Shown here piece by piece: positions 39,710 through 51,684 of a stretch of 59,348 bases of DNA (position 1 is the first letter of the stretch; every line of letters begins with the position of its first letter). The notes under the pieces are model-generated. The model saw nothing but the letters and a program-made list of their open reading frames with translations, did not search any database and had not been told where the DNA came from. Where the stretch lies: contig DASVZI010000063.1 of assembly GCA_036391735.1 (NCBI GenBank), forward strand, positions 1 to 59,348. Direction: 5' to 3'. The stretch is from Rhodocyclaceae bacterium (GTDB lineage: Bacteria > Pseudomonadota > Gammaproteobacteria > Burkholderiales > Rhodocyclaceae). The position numbers were made by a program, and so were the translations under genes.

Positions 39710-40282
39710 TTATGCGAGCAGTTGCCACTGTGCCTGCCACAGCGCCAGCGGGTCTTCCTTGAATCCGCTCTTCACGAACCGCAGCCAGCGGCCGATCACA
39801 TAGCTCGTCAGCAGATCGGCGCGTGCCGAGAAGTCCTGCTCGGCCGGCTGGCCGCCCTGCGTCGCAGAGACCTTCAGGCATTGCTTGAGGGTCGCCTCGA
39901 TGCGCGCCACCAGCTGGTTGATGCGCACCTGCAGCCGCGGGTTTTCATGCACCAGGGCGTCGCCGACCAGCACGCGCGTGAGGCCGCGGTTCTTCTGCGC
40001 GAACCTCAGCAGGCTCGCCACGATCAGCTCGACCTGCTTGGCGCCCGACTGTTCGCCCTCGGCGATCTGGTTGATGACCGAGAACAAGCTGGTCTCGATG
40101 AACTCGATGATGCCCTCGTACATCTGCGCCTTGCTGGCGAAATGCCGGTAGAGCGCGGCCTCCGAGACGTCGAGCTTGGCGGCGAGCGCCGCGGTGGTCA
40201 CCTTCTCGCCGGCCGGGTTCTCCAGCATGTGCGCGATGGTTTGCAGGATTTGCAGCTTTCGTTCGCCGGGCTTGGTTGCCAT
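39710..40282 (-). CDS. slmA: TetR-family nucleoid occlusion factor SlmA-like regulator
   Basis: Strong similarity to the SlmA pattern (KLQILQTIAHMLENP...TTAALAAKLDVSEAALYRHFASKAQMYEGIIEFIE...RINQLVARIEATLKQ). Confidence 0.75.
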   Translation of the reverse strand: MATKPGERKLQILQTIAHMLENPAGEKVTTAALAAKLDVSEAALYRHFASKAQMYEGIIEFIETSLFSVINQIAEGEQSGAKQVELIVASLLRFAQKNRGLTRVLVGDALVHENPRLQVRINQLVARIEATLKQCLKVSATQGGQPAEQDFSARADLLTSYVIGRWLRFVKSGFKEDPLALWQAQWQLLA

Positions 40283-40294
40283 TTGGATATGCTC

Positions 40295-40932
40295 TTAGAG
40301 TCGCGACAGGTGGCGAGGCAATTCGAGGACGGATTGTAGCCGCAGGTCGACATATGCGGGAACCCGGGGTCCGCGGGACACCAGCACCGTCTTCATGCCG
40401 AGCGACTTGGCGGTGCGCAGGTTGGCCGGGCTGTCCTCGATCATGACGCATGTCCGCGGATCGAGCCGCTCCCGGTGCAGCAGGCGGCGAAAGCCGGCCA
40501 ACTGCGGCTTCGGCTGGAAGCGCAAGCGCTCGATTGTCCACACCGAGTCGAATTGGCCGCGGATGCCGGCGATGGCCAGCACCGCCTCGGTGTAAGCGAG
40601 CGGCGCGTTGGAGAAGACGATCTTGCGGCCCGGCAGTTTAGCCAGCATGGCGCGCAGCGGGCGCTCGAACACCACCATGCCGGGCAGGTCGTCGAACTGG
40701 TGGGTATGGTGGAGGAAATGGCGGGGGTCGGTGCCGTGGTGGCGCATCAGGCCGAGCAGCGTGGCGCCGTAGCGATGCCAGTAGCCTTCGCGCAGGGCGG
40801 CCGCGGCCGCCGCGTCGAGGCCGAGAAAGCGTTCGATGTACTCCCGCATTGCATGATGCAGATGCGGGAAGATGTGCGGACTGGCGTCGTGAAGGGTGTT
40901 GTCGAGGTCGAACAGCCAGGTGCGCTCGCGCA

Positions 40933-40933
<1 letters not shown>
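40295..40933 (-). CDS. HAD-superfamily pyrimidine 5-prime-nucleotidase-like hydrolase
   Basis: HAD motif I FDLDNTL, motif IV-like EDSPANL; shares frame and stop with ORF 40295..41683; 1-nt overlap with argB stop. Confidence 0.75.
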
Positions 40934-42297
<1,364 letters not shown>

Positions 42298-42301
<4 letters not shown>

Positions 42302-42744
42302 GGAATGTCGGGCAGCCAGTTGATGCCGTCGGCCTGCATTTCGACGAAGCACCAGAACGGGATGCCCTGTTCGCGCCAATCGTCGGCCACCTCCTCGAAG
42401 GTCTGCAGGGCGCCGACGAAGTCGCCCTCGGCGAGTCCGTGGATGCCGTCGCAATGCTGGAGGAGTACAAAGTAGCCGTCGGCCGGGCGCCAGGCCATGT
42501 CGGCGAGGCAATCGCCGAGTGCATCGAGGTTGTGGCCGAACCAGGCCGGAAAGGACATCGCCCGGCCGATGGCGTCCAGCAGGTCCATCTTGTCCTTCGC
42601 CTGCGCGAGATCGATGCGGAACACCGCGAAGCCGATGCCGGCGGCCGCCTCCATCAGCGGCTCGGGAGCCACCTGGGGCATGTGGTAGACGCCCGCTTTC
42701 GCGGTGTCGGAGAGGATGGCCCGGTAGTGGTCGAGTTCGCTCAT
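42298..42744 (-). CDS. barstar-family ribonuclease inhibitor
   Basis: FGHNLDALGDCLADM matches the barstar core YGENLDALWDCLTGW; 148 aa. Confidence 0.75.
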
Positions 42745-43070
42745 TCGCGGATGCGCAGGAAGCTGCGGTAATGATCGCCAGTGTAGTAGCGTTCCCCCCG
42801 GCTGCCGGCAATGATTCGCCGCGCCCCGCGATCGTACGCGCCGGGCGTCGGCACGGTGTATTCGCGGTAGTAGCCGCGCGGCTCTTCCGGCAGCCGGTGC
42901 TCGCGGTTGGCGAACACGACGCCGTCGCGGCGGTAGGGGAACGGGCCGCCGGCGTCGATGAGGCGCAGCGTGGTGCGCGCTTCCGGCGGAAGATCTGCGA
43001 TGGCGACGTCGCCAGCCGCCGCTGCCGTCGCCAGGAAGGCGAACAGCAGCGCAAGCAGGACGCGCATCAT
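42741..43070 (-). CDS. secreted barnase/binase-family guanyl-specific ribonuclease
   Basis: Signal peptide then FANREHRLP...YYREYTVPT...GARRIIAGS...TGDHYRSFLRI, paralleling barnase FSNREGKLP/WREADINY/RILYSS/TDHYQTFTKI with catalytic Glu and His; 4-nt overlap with barstar. Confidence 0.8.
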   Translation of the reverse strand: MMRVLLALLFAFLATAAAAGDVAIADLPPEARTTLRLIDAGGPFPYRRDGVVFANREHRLPEEPRGYYREYTVPTPGAYDRGARRIIAGSRGERYYTGDHYRSFLRIRE

Positions 43071-43077
43071 GCGCACG

Positions 43078-44877
43078 TCAGTTCTTGCCGACGTCGACCT
43101 GCGTCTCCACCTTCTGGCGCAGGCGGATATGGAGCTCGCGCAGTTGCTTCTCGTCGACGCCCGACGGGGCATCGGTCAGCAGGCACTGCGCGCGCTGCGT
43201 CTTCGGGAAGGCGATGACGTCGCGGATGGATTCGGCGCCGGTCATCATGGTGACGATGCGATCGAGGCCGAAGGCCAGGCCGCCGTGCGGGGGCGCGCCG
43301 TACTTGAGGGCGTCGAGCAGGAAGCCGAACTTCACGCGCTGCTCCTCCTCGCCGATGCCCAGCGCCTCGAACACCTTGGCCTGCACGTCGGCCTTGTGGA
43401 TACGCACCGAGCCGCCGCCGATCTCCCAGCCGTTGAGCGCCAGGTCGTAGGCCTTGGCCAGGCACTGGCCCGGGTCGGACTTGAGGAATTCCTCGTGGCC
43501 GTCCTTGGGACTCGTGAAGGGATGGTGGCAGGCGTTCCAGCGATGGTCTTCATCGTCGAATTCGAACATCGGGAAATCGACCACCCAGACCGGCGCCCAG
43601 GCGCGGCCATCGACGTAGTTCTTTTCGTGGCCGATCTTGATGCGCAGGGCGCCCAGGGCGTCATTGACGACCTTGGTCTTGTCCGCGCCGAAGAAGATCA
43701 GGTCGCCCGATTGCGCGCCGGTGCGCTCGATGATGGTCTTCAGCGCCTGCTCGTGCAGGTTCTTGACAATCGGCGATTGCAGGCCTTCCTCGTTGAGCTT
43801 GGAGGCGTCGTTGACCTTGATGTAGGCGAGGCCCTTGGCCCCGTAGATCTTGACGAATTCGGTGTAGCCGTCGATCTCGCCGCGCGTCAGCGAGGCGCCG
43901 CCCGGGATGCGCAGCGCGGCGACGCGGCCGCCCGATGTGGCGGGGCCGGAGAACACCTTGAAGGCGACGTCGGCGACGGCGTCGGTGACTTCGGTGAGCT
44001 CGAGCGTCACGCGCAGGTCGGGCTTGTCGGAGCCGAAGCGGCGCATGGCTTCGGCGTAGGTCATGCGCGGGAACGGATTGGGCAGTTCGACGGCGAGCGC
44101 TTCATTGAACACCGTGCGGATCATTTCCTCCATCAGCGCCGTGATCTGGTCCTCGTTGAGGAAGGAAGTCTCGATATCGACCTGGGTGAATTCGGGCTGG
44201 CGGTCGGCGCGCAGGTCCTCGTCGCGGAAGCACTTGGTGATCTGGTAGTAGCGGTCGAAGCCGGCCACCATCAAGAGCTGCTTGAACAGCTGCGGCGACT
44301 GCGGCAGCGCGAAAAACTGGCCGGGATGGACGCGCGACGGCACCAGGTAGTCGCGCGCGCCTTCCGGGGTGCTCTTGGTCAGCATCGGCGTCTCGATGTC
44401 GATGAAGCCGTTGGCATCGAGGAAGCGGCGGAAGGACATGGCGGTCTTGTAGCGCAGCATCATGTTCTTCTGCATCTGCGGCCGGCGCAGGTCGATGACG
44501 CGATGCGTCAGGCGCACGTTCTCGGAGAGGTTCTCGTCGTCGAGCTGGAAGGGCGGCGTGACGGCGGCATTGAGGACTTCGACCTCGTGGCAGAGGATCT
44601 CGATCTCGCCGGACGGCAGATTCGGGTTCTCCGTTCCGGCCGGCCGGCGGCGCACCTTGCCGGTGACCTTCAGCACGAATTCGTTGCGCACCGATTCGGC
44701 GACAGCGAACATTTCGGGCCGATCGGGATCGCAGACCACCTGGGCCAGGCCTTCGCGGTCGCGCAGGTCGATGAAGATGACGCCGCCGTGGTCGCGGCGG
44801 CGATGGTTCCAGCCGCAGAGCGTGACGATCTGGTCGACGTGACTGGCGTTGAGTTGTCCGCAGTAATGGGTGCGCAT
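43078..44877 (-). CDS. aspS: aspartate--tRNA ligase
   Basis: 599 aa class II aaRS with N-terminal anticodon-binding OB fold. Confidence 0.95.
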   Translation of the reverse strand: MRTHYCGQLNASHVDQIVTLCGWNHRRRDHGGVIFIDLRDREGLAQVVCDPDRPEMFAVAESVRNEFVLKVTGKVRRRPAGTENPNLPSGEIEILCHEVEVLNAAVTPPFQLDDENLSENVRLTHRVIDLRRPQMQKNMMLRYKTAMSFRRFLDANGFIDIETPMLTKSTPEGARDYLVPSRVHPGQFFALPQSPQLFKQLLMVAGFDRYYQITKCFRDEDLRADRQPEFTQVDIETSFLNEDQITALMEEMIRTVFNEALAVELPNPFPRMTYAEAMRRFGSDKPDLRVTLELTEVTDAVADVAFKVFSGPATSGGRVAALRIPGGASLTRGEIDGYTEFVKIYGAKGLAYIKVNDASKLNEEGLQSPIVKNLHEQALKTIIERTGAQSGDLIFFGADKTKVVNDALGALRIKIGHEKNYVDGRAWAPVWVVDFPMFEFDDEDHRWNACHHPFTSPKDGHEEFLKSDPGQCLAKAYDLALNGWEIGGGSVRIHKADVQAKVFEALGIGEEEQRVKFGFLLDALKYGAPPHGGLAFGLDRIVTMMTGAESIRDVIAFPKTQRAQCLLTDAPSGVDEKQLRELHIRLRQKVETQVDVGKN

Positions 44878-44916
44878 GGTGAGGCTTTCGGTGATGATGC
44901 CGCCGGGCGGCGTTGG

Positions 44917-45560
44917 TTATTCGTTCTGGGCCTGGCCGAGCAGGTTGGCGTTGCGCGGCGCAGGCACCACGACGCCCATGGAGACGATGTACTTCAGGGC
45001 GTCGTCGACGCTGATGTCGAGTTCTACGGTGTCGCGCTTGTGCACGAAGAAGAAGAAGCCGTTGACGGGGCTGGGCGCGGTGGGGATGAACACGCTGACC
45101 ATCTCGTCCTCGCCGTGCTGGGAAATCTCGCGCGGCGGCAGCCCGGTCTGGAAGGCCACCGACCAGGCATCCTGATGCGGATAGCGGACCAGCAGCACCT
45201 TGCGGAAGGCCTCGCCGTCGCCGGCGAACAGCGTGTCGGAAACCTGCTTGACGCTGTAGTAGATCGACTTCACCACCGGGATGCGCGACAGCAGCGCCTC
45301 CCAGAAGCGCACCAGACGCTGCCCGATGATGTTGGTCGTCACCAGTCCGGTGAGGAGCAGGACCAGCAGCGTCATGAGGGCGCCGAGGCCGGGAATGTAG
45401 ACGCCGAAAAGCTGCTCGGGCCGCGCGGCGGGCGGCAGCAGCAGCAGCGACTGGTCCATGGTCCGGACGATCACGACGAGCACCCAGACGGTGATCGCCA
45501 GGGGCACCCAGATGAGCAGCCCGGTGATGAAGTAGCGCTTCAAGAGGCGGCGGTCAATTG
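44917..45560 (-). CDS. DUF502-family membrane protein
   Basis: RYFITGLLIWVPLAITVWVLV...; no ATG near the N-terminus, so a non-ATG (GTG) start is likely. Confidence 0.6.
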
Positions 45561-45811
45561 CAGGCACAAGACCCCGTTCCGCCTTGGCATGGAGGCGGAT
45601 TGTCGCTCTTGGCGGGGGCCGCCTTGGCGCCGCCCTTGAAATCGGTCGCATACCAGCCGCTGCCCTTCAGCTGGAAGCCGGGCGCGGTCAGTTGCTTGCT
45701 GAAACTTTCGGCGTTGCACTGCGGGCAGACGGTCAACGGGGCGTCGCTCATCTTCTGCAGGACGTCCTTTTCGAAACCGCAGCTCCCGCAGCGATAGGCA
45801 TAGATCGGCAT
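45554..45811 (-). CDS. FmdB-family zinc-ribbon protein
   Basis: MPIYAYRCGSCGF...CPQC zinc ribbon. Confidence 0.7.
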   Translation of the reverse strand: MPIYAYRCGSCGFEKDVLQKMSDAPLTVCPQCNAESFSKQLTAPGFQLKGSGWYATDFKGGAKAAPAKSDNPPPCQGGTGSCACN

Positions 45812-45928
45812 GGTCTTTCGCTCCGCGGAAAACGAACAATTATAACGTAAGCGCTTCACGCCCAAGGGATTTGGCGCTCGCGTAGTCCCGCCACTGGAAG
45901 TATGGGCGCTCCCCCGCCTTTCAAGCGG

Positions 45929-46792
45929 CTACAGCAGGCCGAGATAGGCCTGGTTGAGCGCCGGCCCCCAGAAGAGCGCGATGATCCCCGCCGTGGCGAG
46001 ATAGGGCCCGAAGGGAATCGGCACGTTGCGGCCGTGGCGCGCCAGGAGGATCAGGAGGATGCCGACGATGGCGCCGACGAGGGAGGACAGCAGGATGGCC
46101 AGGGGCAGGGCCTGCCAACCGAGCCAGGCGCCGACGGCGGCCAGCAGCTTGAAGTCGCCGTAGCCCATGCCCTCCTTGCCGGTCAGCAGCTTGAACGCCC
46201 AATAGACGGCCCACAGCGTCAGGTACCCGGCCATCGCTCCTACGACGGCGCTGCCCAGGTCGGTGAAGGTGCCGAACAGGTTGAAGGCCAGCCCGGCCCA
46301 AAGCAGCGGCAGCGTGATGTCGTCCGGAAGCAGTTGGGTGTCGAAATCGATGAACGTGAGGGCCACCATGGCTGCCGAAAAAAGCATGGCGCCGGCCGCA
46401 GCAGGTCCGGGGCCGAGCTTCCAGGCCGCGAAGCCGAACAGCAGCGCGGTCGCGGCTTCCACCAGCGGGTAGCGCGGGCTGATGCGCGCGCCGCAGCCGC
46501 GGCAGCGGCCGCGCAGGACCAGATAGCTGACGATGGGAACGTTTTCGGCGGCGCTGATCGCATGGCCGCAATGCGGGCAGCGGGAGCGTGGCGTGGCGAG
46601 CCCCAGGGGCTCCCCCTCCGGTGGCGCCTCGCCGCGCAACTCGGCGCATTGCGCCTGCCACTCGCGCTCCATGATGAGCGGCAGGCGATGGATCACGACG
46701 TTGAGGAAGCTGCCGATGGCGAGGCCTAGCAGGACGGAGACGAACGCGAACATGCCGGGCTCGGCGAGAATCGCCAGGGCGGAAGGAAGCAT
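45929..46792 (-). CDS. pilD: prepilin peptidase/N-methyltransferase (A24 family)
   Basis: CPHCGH...CRGCG zinc motifs and multi-TM peptidase core. Confidence 0.9.
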   Translation of the reverse strand: MLPSALAILAEPGMFAFVSVLLGLAIGSFLNVVIHRLPLIMEREWQAQCAELRGEAPPEGEPLGLATPRSRCPHCGHAISAAENVPIVSYLVLRGRCRGCGARISPRYPLVEAATALLFGFAAWKLGPGPAAAGAMLFSAAMVALTFIDFDTQLLPDDITLPLLWAGLAFNLFGTFTDLGSAVVGAMAGYLTLWAVYWAFKLLTGKEGMGYGDFKLLAAVGAWLGWQALPLAILLSSLVGAIVGILLILLARHGRNVPIPFGPYLATAGIIALFWGPALNQAYLGLL

Positions 46793-46801
46793 GAAGGGCG
46801 G

Positions 46802-48034
46802 CTAGCCGACGACGGAGCCGAGCTTGAAGATCGGCAGATACATGGCGACGACGATGCCGCCGATCAGCGTACCGAGAATCACCATGATCATCGGTTCCAT
46901 CAGGCTCGAGAGGGACTCGACTGCATCGTCGACTTCCTGCTCGTAGAAGTCGGCCACCTTGCCGAGCATGCTGTCGAGCGCGCCCGACTCTTCACCGATG
47001 GAGACCATCTGGATCACCATGCTGGGAAATACCGCGGAGTTCTGCATGGAAACGGTGAGGCTGTTGCCGGTGCTGATCTCGGCCTGGATCTGCAGCGTTG
47101 CAGTCTTGTATACGTAATTGCCGGCAGCGCCGGCCACCGATTCGAGCGCCTCGACCAGCGGCACGCCGGCGGCGAACATCGTCGACAGCGTGCGCGTCCA
47201 ACGGGCTACGGCGGCCTTCCTGATGAGGTCGCCGAATACGGGAAGCTTGAGCGTCATCTTGTCGATGGCGATCTGCATCGGCTCAGACCGCTTCAGCGTG
47301 TAGAAAAAGCCGAAAATGGCTGCGCCGATGCCGCCGAAGATGATGTACCAGAACTTGACGAAGAACTCCGACATCGCGATGACTATCAGCGTTGGGGCCG
47401 GCAGGTCGGCGCCGAAGCTCTTGAAGACCTCCTTGAACTGCGGCACCACGAAGATCATGATGACTGCGGTCACCACGAACGCGACGACCAGCACGGCGAT
47501 CGGATAGAACAGCGCCCCCTTGATCTTGGACTTCAGGGCCAGCGTCTTTTCCTTGTATACCGCCAGCCGATCGAGCAGATTCTCCAGAATGCCGGCCTGT
47601 TCGCCGGCCGCAACCAGGTTGCAGAACAGCGGATCGAAGTAGAGTGGGTACTTGCGGAAGGCTTGGTTGAGCGAGGAGCCCGTCTCGACATCCGCCTTGA
47701 TGTCCATCAGCAACTTGGCGACGGCCGGGTTCGAGTGGCCCTTGCCGACGATATCGAAGGATTGCAGCAGGGGAACGCCGGATTTCATCATGGTCGCCAA
47801 CTGGCGGGTGAACAGCGTGATGTCCTTTTCCGTGACCGAGCCGCCACCCTTGAGCGCCTGCTTCTTGACCTTGACCGGCAGGATGCCCTGGCGGCGCAGC
47901 ATGGTATTGACGACGGTCTCCGTCGGCGCCCGCGTCTCGCCGCGCACAACCTTGCCGGATTTGTCCTTGCCTTCCCAGGCAAAGATATGGTCCTTGCGCT
48001 CAGTTTTGCTCGCCGCCTTGCCGATTGCCGCCAT
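46802..48034 (-). CDS. pilC: type IV pilus platform protein PilC (GspF family)
   Basis: Two GspF domains, 410 aa; directly upstream of pilD. Confidence 0.9.
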   Translation of the reverse strand: MAAIGKAASKTERKDHIFAWEGKDKSGKVVRGETRAPTETVVNTMLRRQGILPVKVKKQALKGGGSVTEKDITLFTRQLATMMKSGVPLLQSFDIVGKGHSNPAVAKLLMDIKADVETGSSLNQAFRKYPLYFDPLFCNLVAAGEQAGILENLLDRLAVYKEKTLALKSKIKGALFYPIAVLVVAFVVTAVIMIFVVPQFKEVFKSFGADLPAPTLIVIAMSEFFVKFWYIIFGGIGAAIFGFFYTLKRSEPMQIAIDKMTLKLPVFGDLIRKAAVARWTRTLSTMFAAGVPLVEALESVAGAAGNYVYKTATLQIQAEISTGNSLTVSMQNSAVFPSMVIQMVSIGEESGALDSMLGKVADFYEQEVDDAVESLSSLMEPMIMVILGTLIGGIVVAMYLPIFKLGSVVG

Positions 48035-48157
48035 GTGCGTTTCCTAAGTTCAATGGGGGCGGCGCGACCGCGCAAATCGGCGGCTGCCGCCCGTCATGCC
48101 GATTGACTCGGCGGCGATGATGCCCCTGGCGGGAGGATTTGTAAAGCCGTTGTGGCC

Positions 48158-49450
48158 TCACGACGCCGCTGGCCGTCCGCCCTCAGCAGATGGTCGGTAG
48201 AGCTTGACTGTCTTGACGCGGCGGTTCTCCGTCTGCAGGATGTCGAGCGCCACGCCCCCGATGCGCAGGCCGACCCCGACCTCGGGGATGTCCCCGAGGT
48301 GTTCGGTAATGAGCCCGTTGAGGGTCTTTGGTCCATCCAGCGGCAGGGAAAGCCCGAGCGCGCGATTGACCTCCCGGAGGCTGTGGCTGCCGTCGACGAT
48401 CGCCGCGCCCTCGTCGTTCCAGGACGATTCCGGCGCGCTGCCGGGGACCCCCGTCGTGAACTTGCCGACGATTTCCTCGACGATATCCTCGAGGGTGACC
48501 AGTCCCTGCAGTTCACCGTACTCGTCCACCACCAGGCCGAGGCGCTGGCGGTTGTCTCGAAAGAACTGCAATTGGGCGTAGATCCCTGTCCCGGTCGGGA
48601 TGAAATAGGGTTCGGACAGTTCTTCGCGCAGCGCCTCGCGGTCGAATTCGCCGGCCAGCGCGGAGGACAGCAAGCGACGCTGGTGGAGAATGCCGATGAT
48701 GTTGCCCGGCTCGTCCTGGAAGACCGGGACGCGCGTGTGGAAACTGGTCGCCAACTGGGCCCGCAGTTCCTCGATTGGCGCATCGACATCGACGGCCTCG
48801 ATTTCACCGCGAGGCGTCATCACGTCATCGACGGTGATGTGTTCGAGGTCGAACAGGTTGACCAGGATCGCGCGGTGCTGGGAAGGAACGAACTGTGCGC
48901 TTTCCAGCACTAGGCTGCGCAATTCCCCGGGAGTCAGCCGCGGCGCCTCGTGGCCGGCGGCCGGCTGCAGCCTCAGCAGTCTTAGCAGCGCGGCGACGAA
49001 GAGGTTCACGAACCAGATCGCGGGGTAGGCGATCCGCAGCAACGGGGCGATGACGTAGCCGATGCGCGGCGTCAGCCAGTCGGGATGCGTCGCGCCGACG
49101 ATCTTCGGCGTGATTTCCGAGAAGACCAGCAGGCAGAAGGTGACGAACAGCGTGCCAGCCTCCAGCGCCCATTTTTCCTGGCCGAACAATTGCAGGGCGA
49201 TGTGTCCGGTGATGAGCGCGGCCGCCGCGTTGATGAGCGTATTGCACAGCAGGATGACGCTGATGACGCGGTCGATCTTCGACAACAGGGCCACGGCGAG
49301 CTGCGCGCCGCGATGGCCCTCTTGCGCGGCGTGGCGCAGCCGGTGGCGGTTGGCGGCCATCATGGCGGTCTCGGCCATGGCGAAAAAGCCGGACAGAACG
49401 AACAGCACGGCGAGCAGGCCGAACTGCGCGGTGAGTGAAAGCTCGTCCAT
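48158..49450 (-). CDS. CNNM/CorC-family transporter (DUF21 + CBS pair + CorC_HlyC)
   Basis: Four N-terminal TM helices, CBS domains, C-terminal transporter-associated domain; start at MDELSL. Confidence 0.85.
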   Translation of the reverse strand: MDELSLTAQFGLLAVLFVLSGFFAMAETAMMAANRHRLRHAAQEGHRGAQLAVALLSKIDRVISVILLCNTLINAAAALITGHIALQLFGQEKWALEAGTLFVTFCLLVFSEITPKIVGATHPDWLTPRIGYVIAPLLRIAYPAIWFVNLFVAALLRLLRLQPAAGHEAPRLTPGELRSLVLESAQFVPSQHRAILVNLFDLEHITVDDVMTPRGEIEAVDVDAPIEELRAQLATSFHTRVPVFQDEPGNIIGILHQRRLLSSALAGEFDREALREELSEPYFIPTGTGIYAQLQFFRDNRQRLGLVVDEYGELQGLVTLEDIVEEIVGKFTTGVPGSAPESSWNDEGAAIVDGSHSLREVNRALGLSLPLDGPKTLNGLITEHLGDIPEVGVGLRIGGVALDILQTENRRVKTVKLYRPSAEGGRPAAS

Positions 49451-50280
49451 CAGGCCGTGCGGCCGAGAATCACTTCCAGCACGAAGCGGCTGCCGACGTA
49501 GGCGAGCAGCAGCGCTGCGAAGCCTGCGAGCGTCCAGCGCAACGCCTTGCGGCCGCGCCATCCGAAGAAATGGCGGCCAGCCAGCAGGTGGCCGAAGATA
49601 ACCCAGGACAGGATGGCAAAGACCGTCTTGTGGTTGAACTGCAGCGGCTTGCCGAACAGGTCCTCCGAGAACAGGATGCCCGACGCCAGCGTGAGCGTCA
49701 GCAGGGCGAAGGCGATGTGGATCATGCGGAACAGCAGGGCTTCCATGGTGAGCAGCGGCGGCAGTCCGGACAGCAGCGGCGTCAGGCGGCCGCGGTGCAG
49801 GTTGCTCTCGGCGACCGCCATAAGAACCGCGTGCAGCGCCGCAAGGGTAAACAGGCTATAGGCAAGCATGGCCATCAGGAAGTGGGCGCGGAAGACCGCC
49901 GAGCCGGCGTTGGCCAGCAGATGCTGGCCGGGAAACAGCGGCGGCAGCAGCACGCACACTGCCGCGAGAGGCAGCCCGAACATCTGCAGTCCGTCCATGC
50001 GCGCGTAGAAGCTCTCGATCCAATAGAAGGCGACCGCCAGCCACATGATCAGCGACAGCGCGAGCGAGAAGCCGAAGCGCATGGCGTCGTCCGGAAAGAT
50101 TTCCCGGCCCAGGGTGGCACCGTGCAGCAACAGGGCGGCGAGGAGCACGGCGCGCTCCCACGGCACGATGCTGCGGACCGGTTGATCGAGCAGCGGTCCG
50201 CGCCAGCGCGTCCGCCAGAACACCACCGCAAGCCCCGCGTAAAGGGCCGCCGCGAGGAGATGCAGTAGAATCGCAGGCAT
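49450..50280 (-). CDS. cytochrome c assembly-family inner membrane protein (YpjD-like)
   Basis: 8 TM helices; divergent from ffh as in E. coli ypjD. Confidence 0.75.
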   Translation of the reverse strand: MPAILLHLLAAALYAGLAVVFWRTRWRGPLLDQPVRSIVPWERAVLLAALLLHGATLGREIFPDDAMRFGFSLALSLIMWLAVAFYWIESFYARMDGLQMFGLPLAAVCVLLPPLFPGQHLLANAGSAVFRAHFLMAMLAYSLFTLAALHAVLMAVAESNLHRGRLTPLLSGLPPLLTMEALLFRMIHIAFALLTLTLASGILFSEDLFGKPLQFNHKTVFAILSWVIFGHLLAGRHFFGWRGRKALRWTLAGFAALLLAYVGSRFVLEVILGRTA

Positions 50281-50307
50281 CCCGGAAGTCTACCTCATTC
50301 CCTTGCC

Positions 50308-51672
50308 ATGCTCGATAACCTGACGCAGCGGCTGGCCAAGGTCGTCAAGACCTTGCGCGGCCAAGCCCGCCTTACCGAAGACAACATTCAGGAGATGCTG
50401 CGCGAAGTCCGCATGGCGCTGCTGGAGGCCGACGTCGCGCTGCCGGTCGTCAAGGACTTTATCGCGCGCGTCAAGGAAAAGGCGCTCGGCCACGAAGTCG
50501 TTGGTTCGCTGACGCCGGGCCAGGCGCTCGTCGGCGTGGTTCACCGCGAGCTGACCGAGCTGATGGGCGGCCAGGCGGCGGGCCTCAACCTCGCCACGCA
50601 GCCGCCCGCGGTCATCCTCATGTCGGGTCTGCAGGGCGCCGGCAAGACCACCACGACGGCCAAGCTCGGCAAGTGGCTGAAGGAGCGGCAGAAGAAGAAG
50701 GTGCTGGCCGTCTCGTGCGACGTCTATCGCCCCGCGGCCATCGAGCAGCTGAAGACGGTTGCGGTGCAGGCCGGCATCGAGTTCTTCCCGTCGGCCGCCG
50801 GCCAGAAGCCGGCCGACATCGCCGCAGCCGCGCTGGATTACGCCAGGAAGCACTACTTCGATGTGCTGTTCGTCGACACCGCAGGCCGCCTTGCCATCGA
50901 CGAGGCGATGATGGCCGAGATCAAGGCGCTGCATGCGCAGCTCAACCCGATCGAGTGCCTGTTCGTCGTCGACGCGATGCTGGGTCAGGATGCGGTCAAT
51001 ACCGCGAAGGCGTTCAACGAAGCGCTGCCGCTGACCGGCGTGATCCTCACCAAGCTGGACGGCGATGCCCGCGGCGGCGCGGCATTGTCGGTGCGCCACG
51101 TCACCGGCAAACCACTGAAGTTCGCCGGCATCGGCGAGAAGCTCGGCGGCCTGGAGGAGTTCCATCCCGAGCGGATGGCGGCGCGCATCCTCGGCATGGG
51201 CGACATCCTCGGCCTGGTCGAGGAGGCCCAGCGAGGCGTCGACCAGGAGAAGGCCAAGGACCTGGTGCAGAAGATGAAGTCGGGCAAGAGCTTCGACTTC
51301 AACGACTTCAAGGACCAGATCGGCCAGATGCGCAAGATGGGCGGCATCGCCGGACTGCTCGACAAGCTGCCGGCCCAGTTCGCCGGGATGGCGCAGCAGG
51401 CCGGAGGCGGGGCCGACGAAAAGGCGATCGGGCGCATCGAGGGCATCATCAATTCGATGACCCCGGCCGAGCGCGCCAAGCCCGAGCTCATCAAGGCCAG
51501 CCGAAAGCGCCGCATCGCGGCCGGCGCCGGGGTTCAGGTGCAAGACGTGAATCGGCTGCTCAATCAGTTCGAGCAGACGCAGAAGGTAATGAAGCAGTTC
51601 TCCAAGGGCGGCATGGCGAAAATGATGCGCAGCATGCAGGGGATGATGGGGAAATTCCCCGGCATGCGCTGA
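50308..51672 (+). CDS. ffh: signal recognition particle protein Ffh
   Basis: NG domain (GLQGAGKTTT, DTAGR, TKLDG) and Met-rich M domain. Confidence 0.95.
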   Translation: MLDNLTQRLAKVVKTLRGQARLTEDNIQEMLREVRMALLEADVALPVVKDFIARVKEKALGHEVVGSLTPGQALVGVVHRELTELMGGQAAGLNLATQPPAVILMSGLQGAGKTTTTAKLGKWLKERQKKKVLAVSCDVYRPAAIEQLKTVAVQAGIEFFPSAAGQKPADIAAAALDYARKHYFDVLFVDTAGRLAIDEAMMAEIKALHAQLNPIECLFVVDAMLGQDAVNTAKAFNEALPLTGVILTKLDGDARGGAALSVRHVTGKPLKFAGIGEKLGGLEEFHPERMAARILGMGDILGLVEEAQRGVDQEKAKDLVQKMKSGKSFDFNDFKDQIGQMRKMGGIAGLLDKLPAQFAGMAQQAGGGADEKAIGRIEGIINSMTPAERAKPELIKASRKRRIAAGAGVQVQDVNRLLNQFEQTQKVMKQFSKGGMAKMMRSMQGMMGKFPGMR

Positions 51673-51684
51673 CGAGGACCGGTT

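Noticed and set aside
42958-45639. 893-aa plus-strand ORF overlapping aspS and DUF502
   Set aside because: Antisense to aspartyl-tRNA synthetase, a universally conserved gene; the translation is low complexity.
48094-48807. 237-aa minus-strand ORF overlapping the CorC-family gene
   Set aside because: It is in an alternate frame of the well-supported DUF21-CBS-CorC transporter gene.
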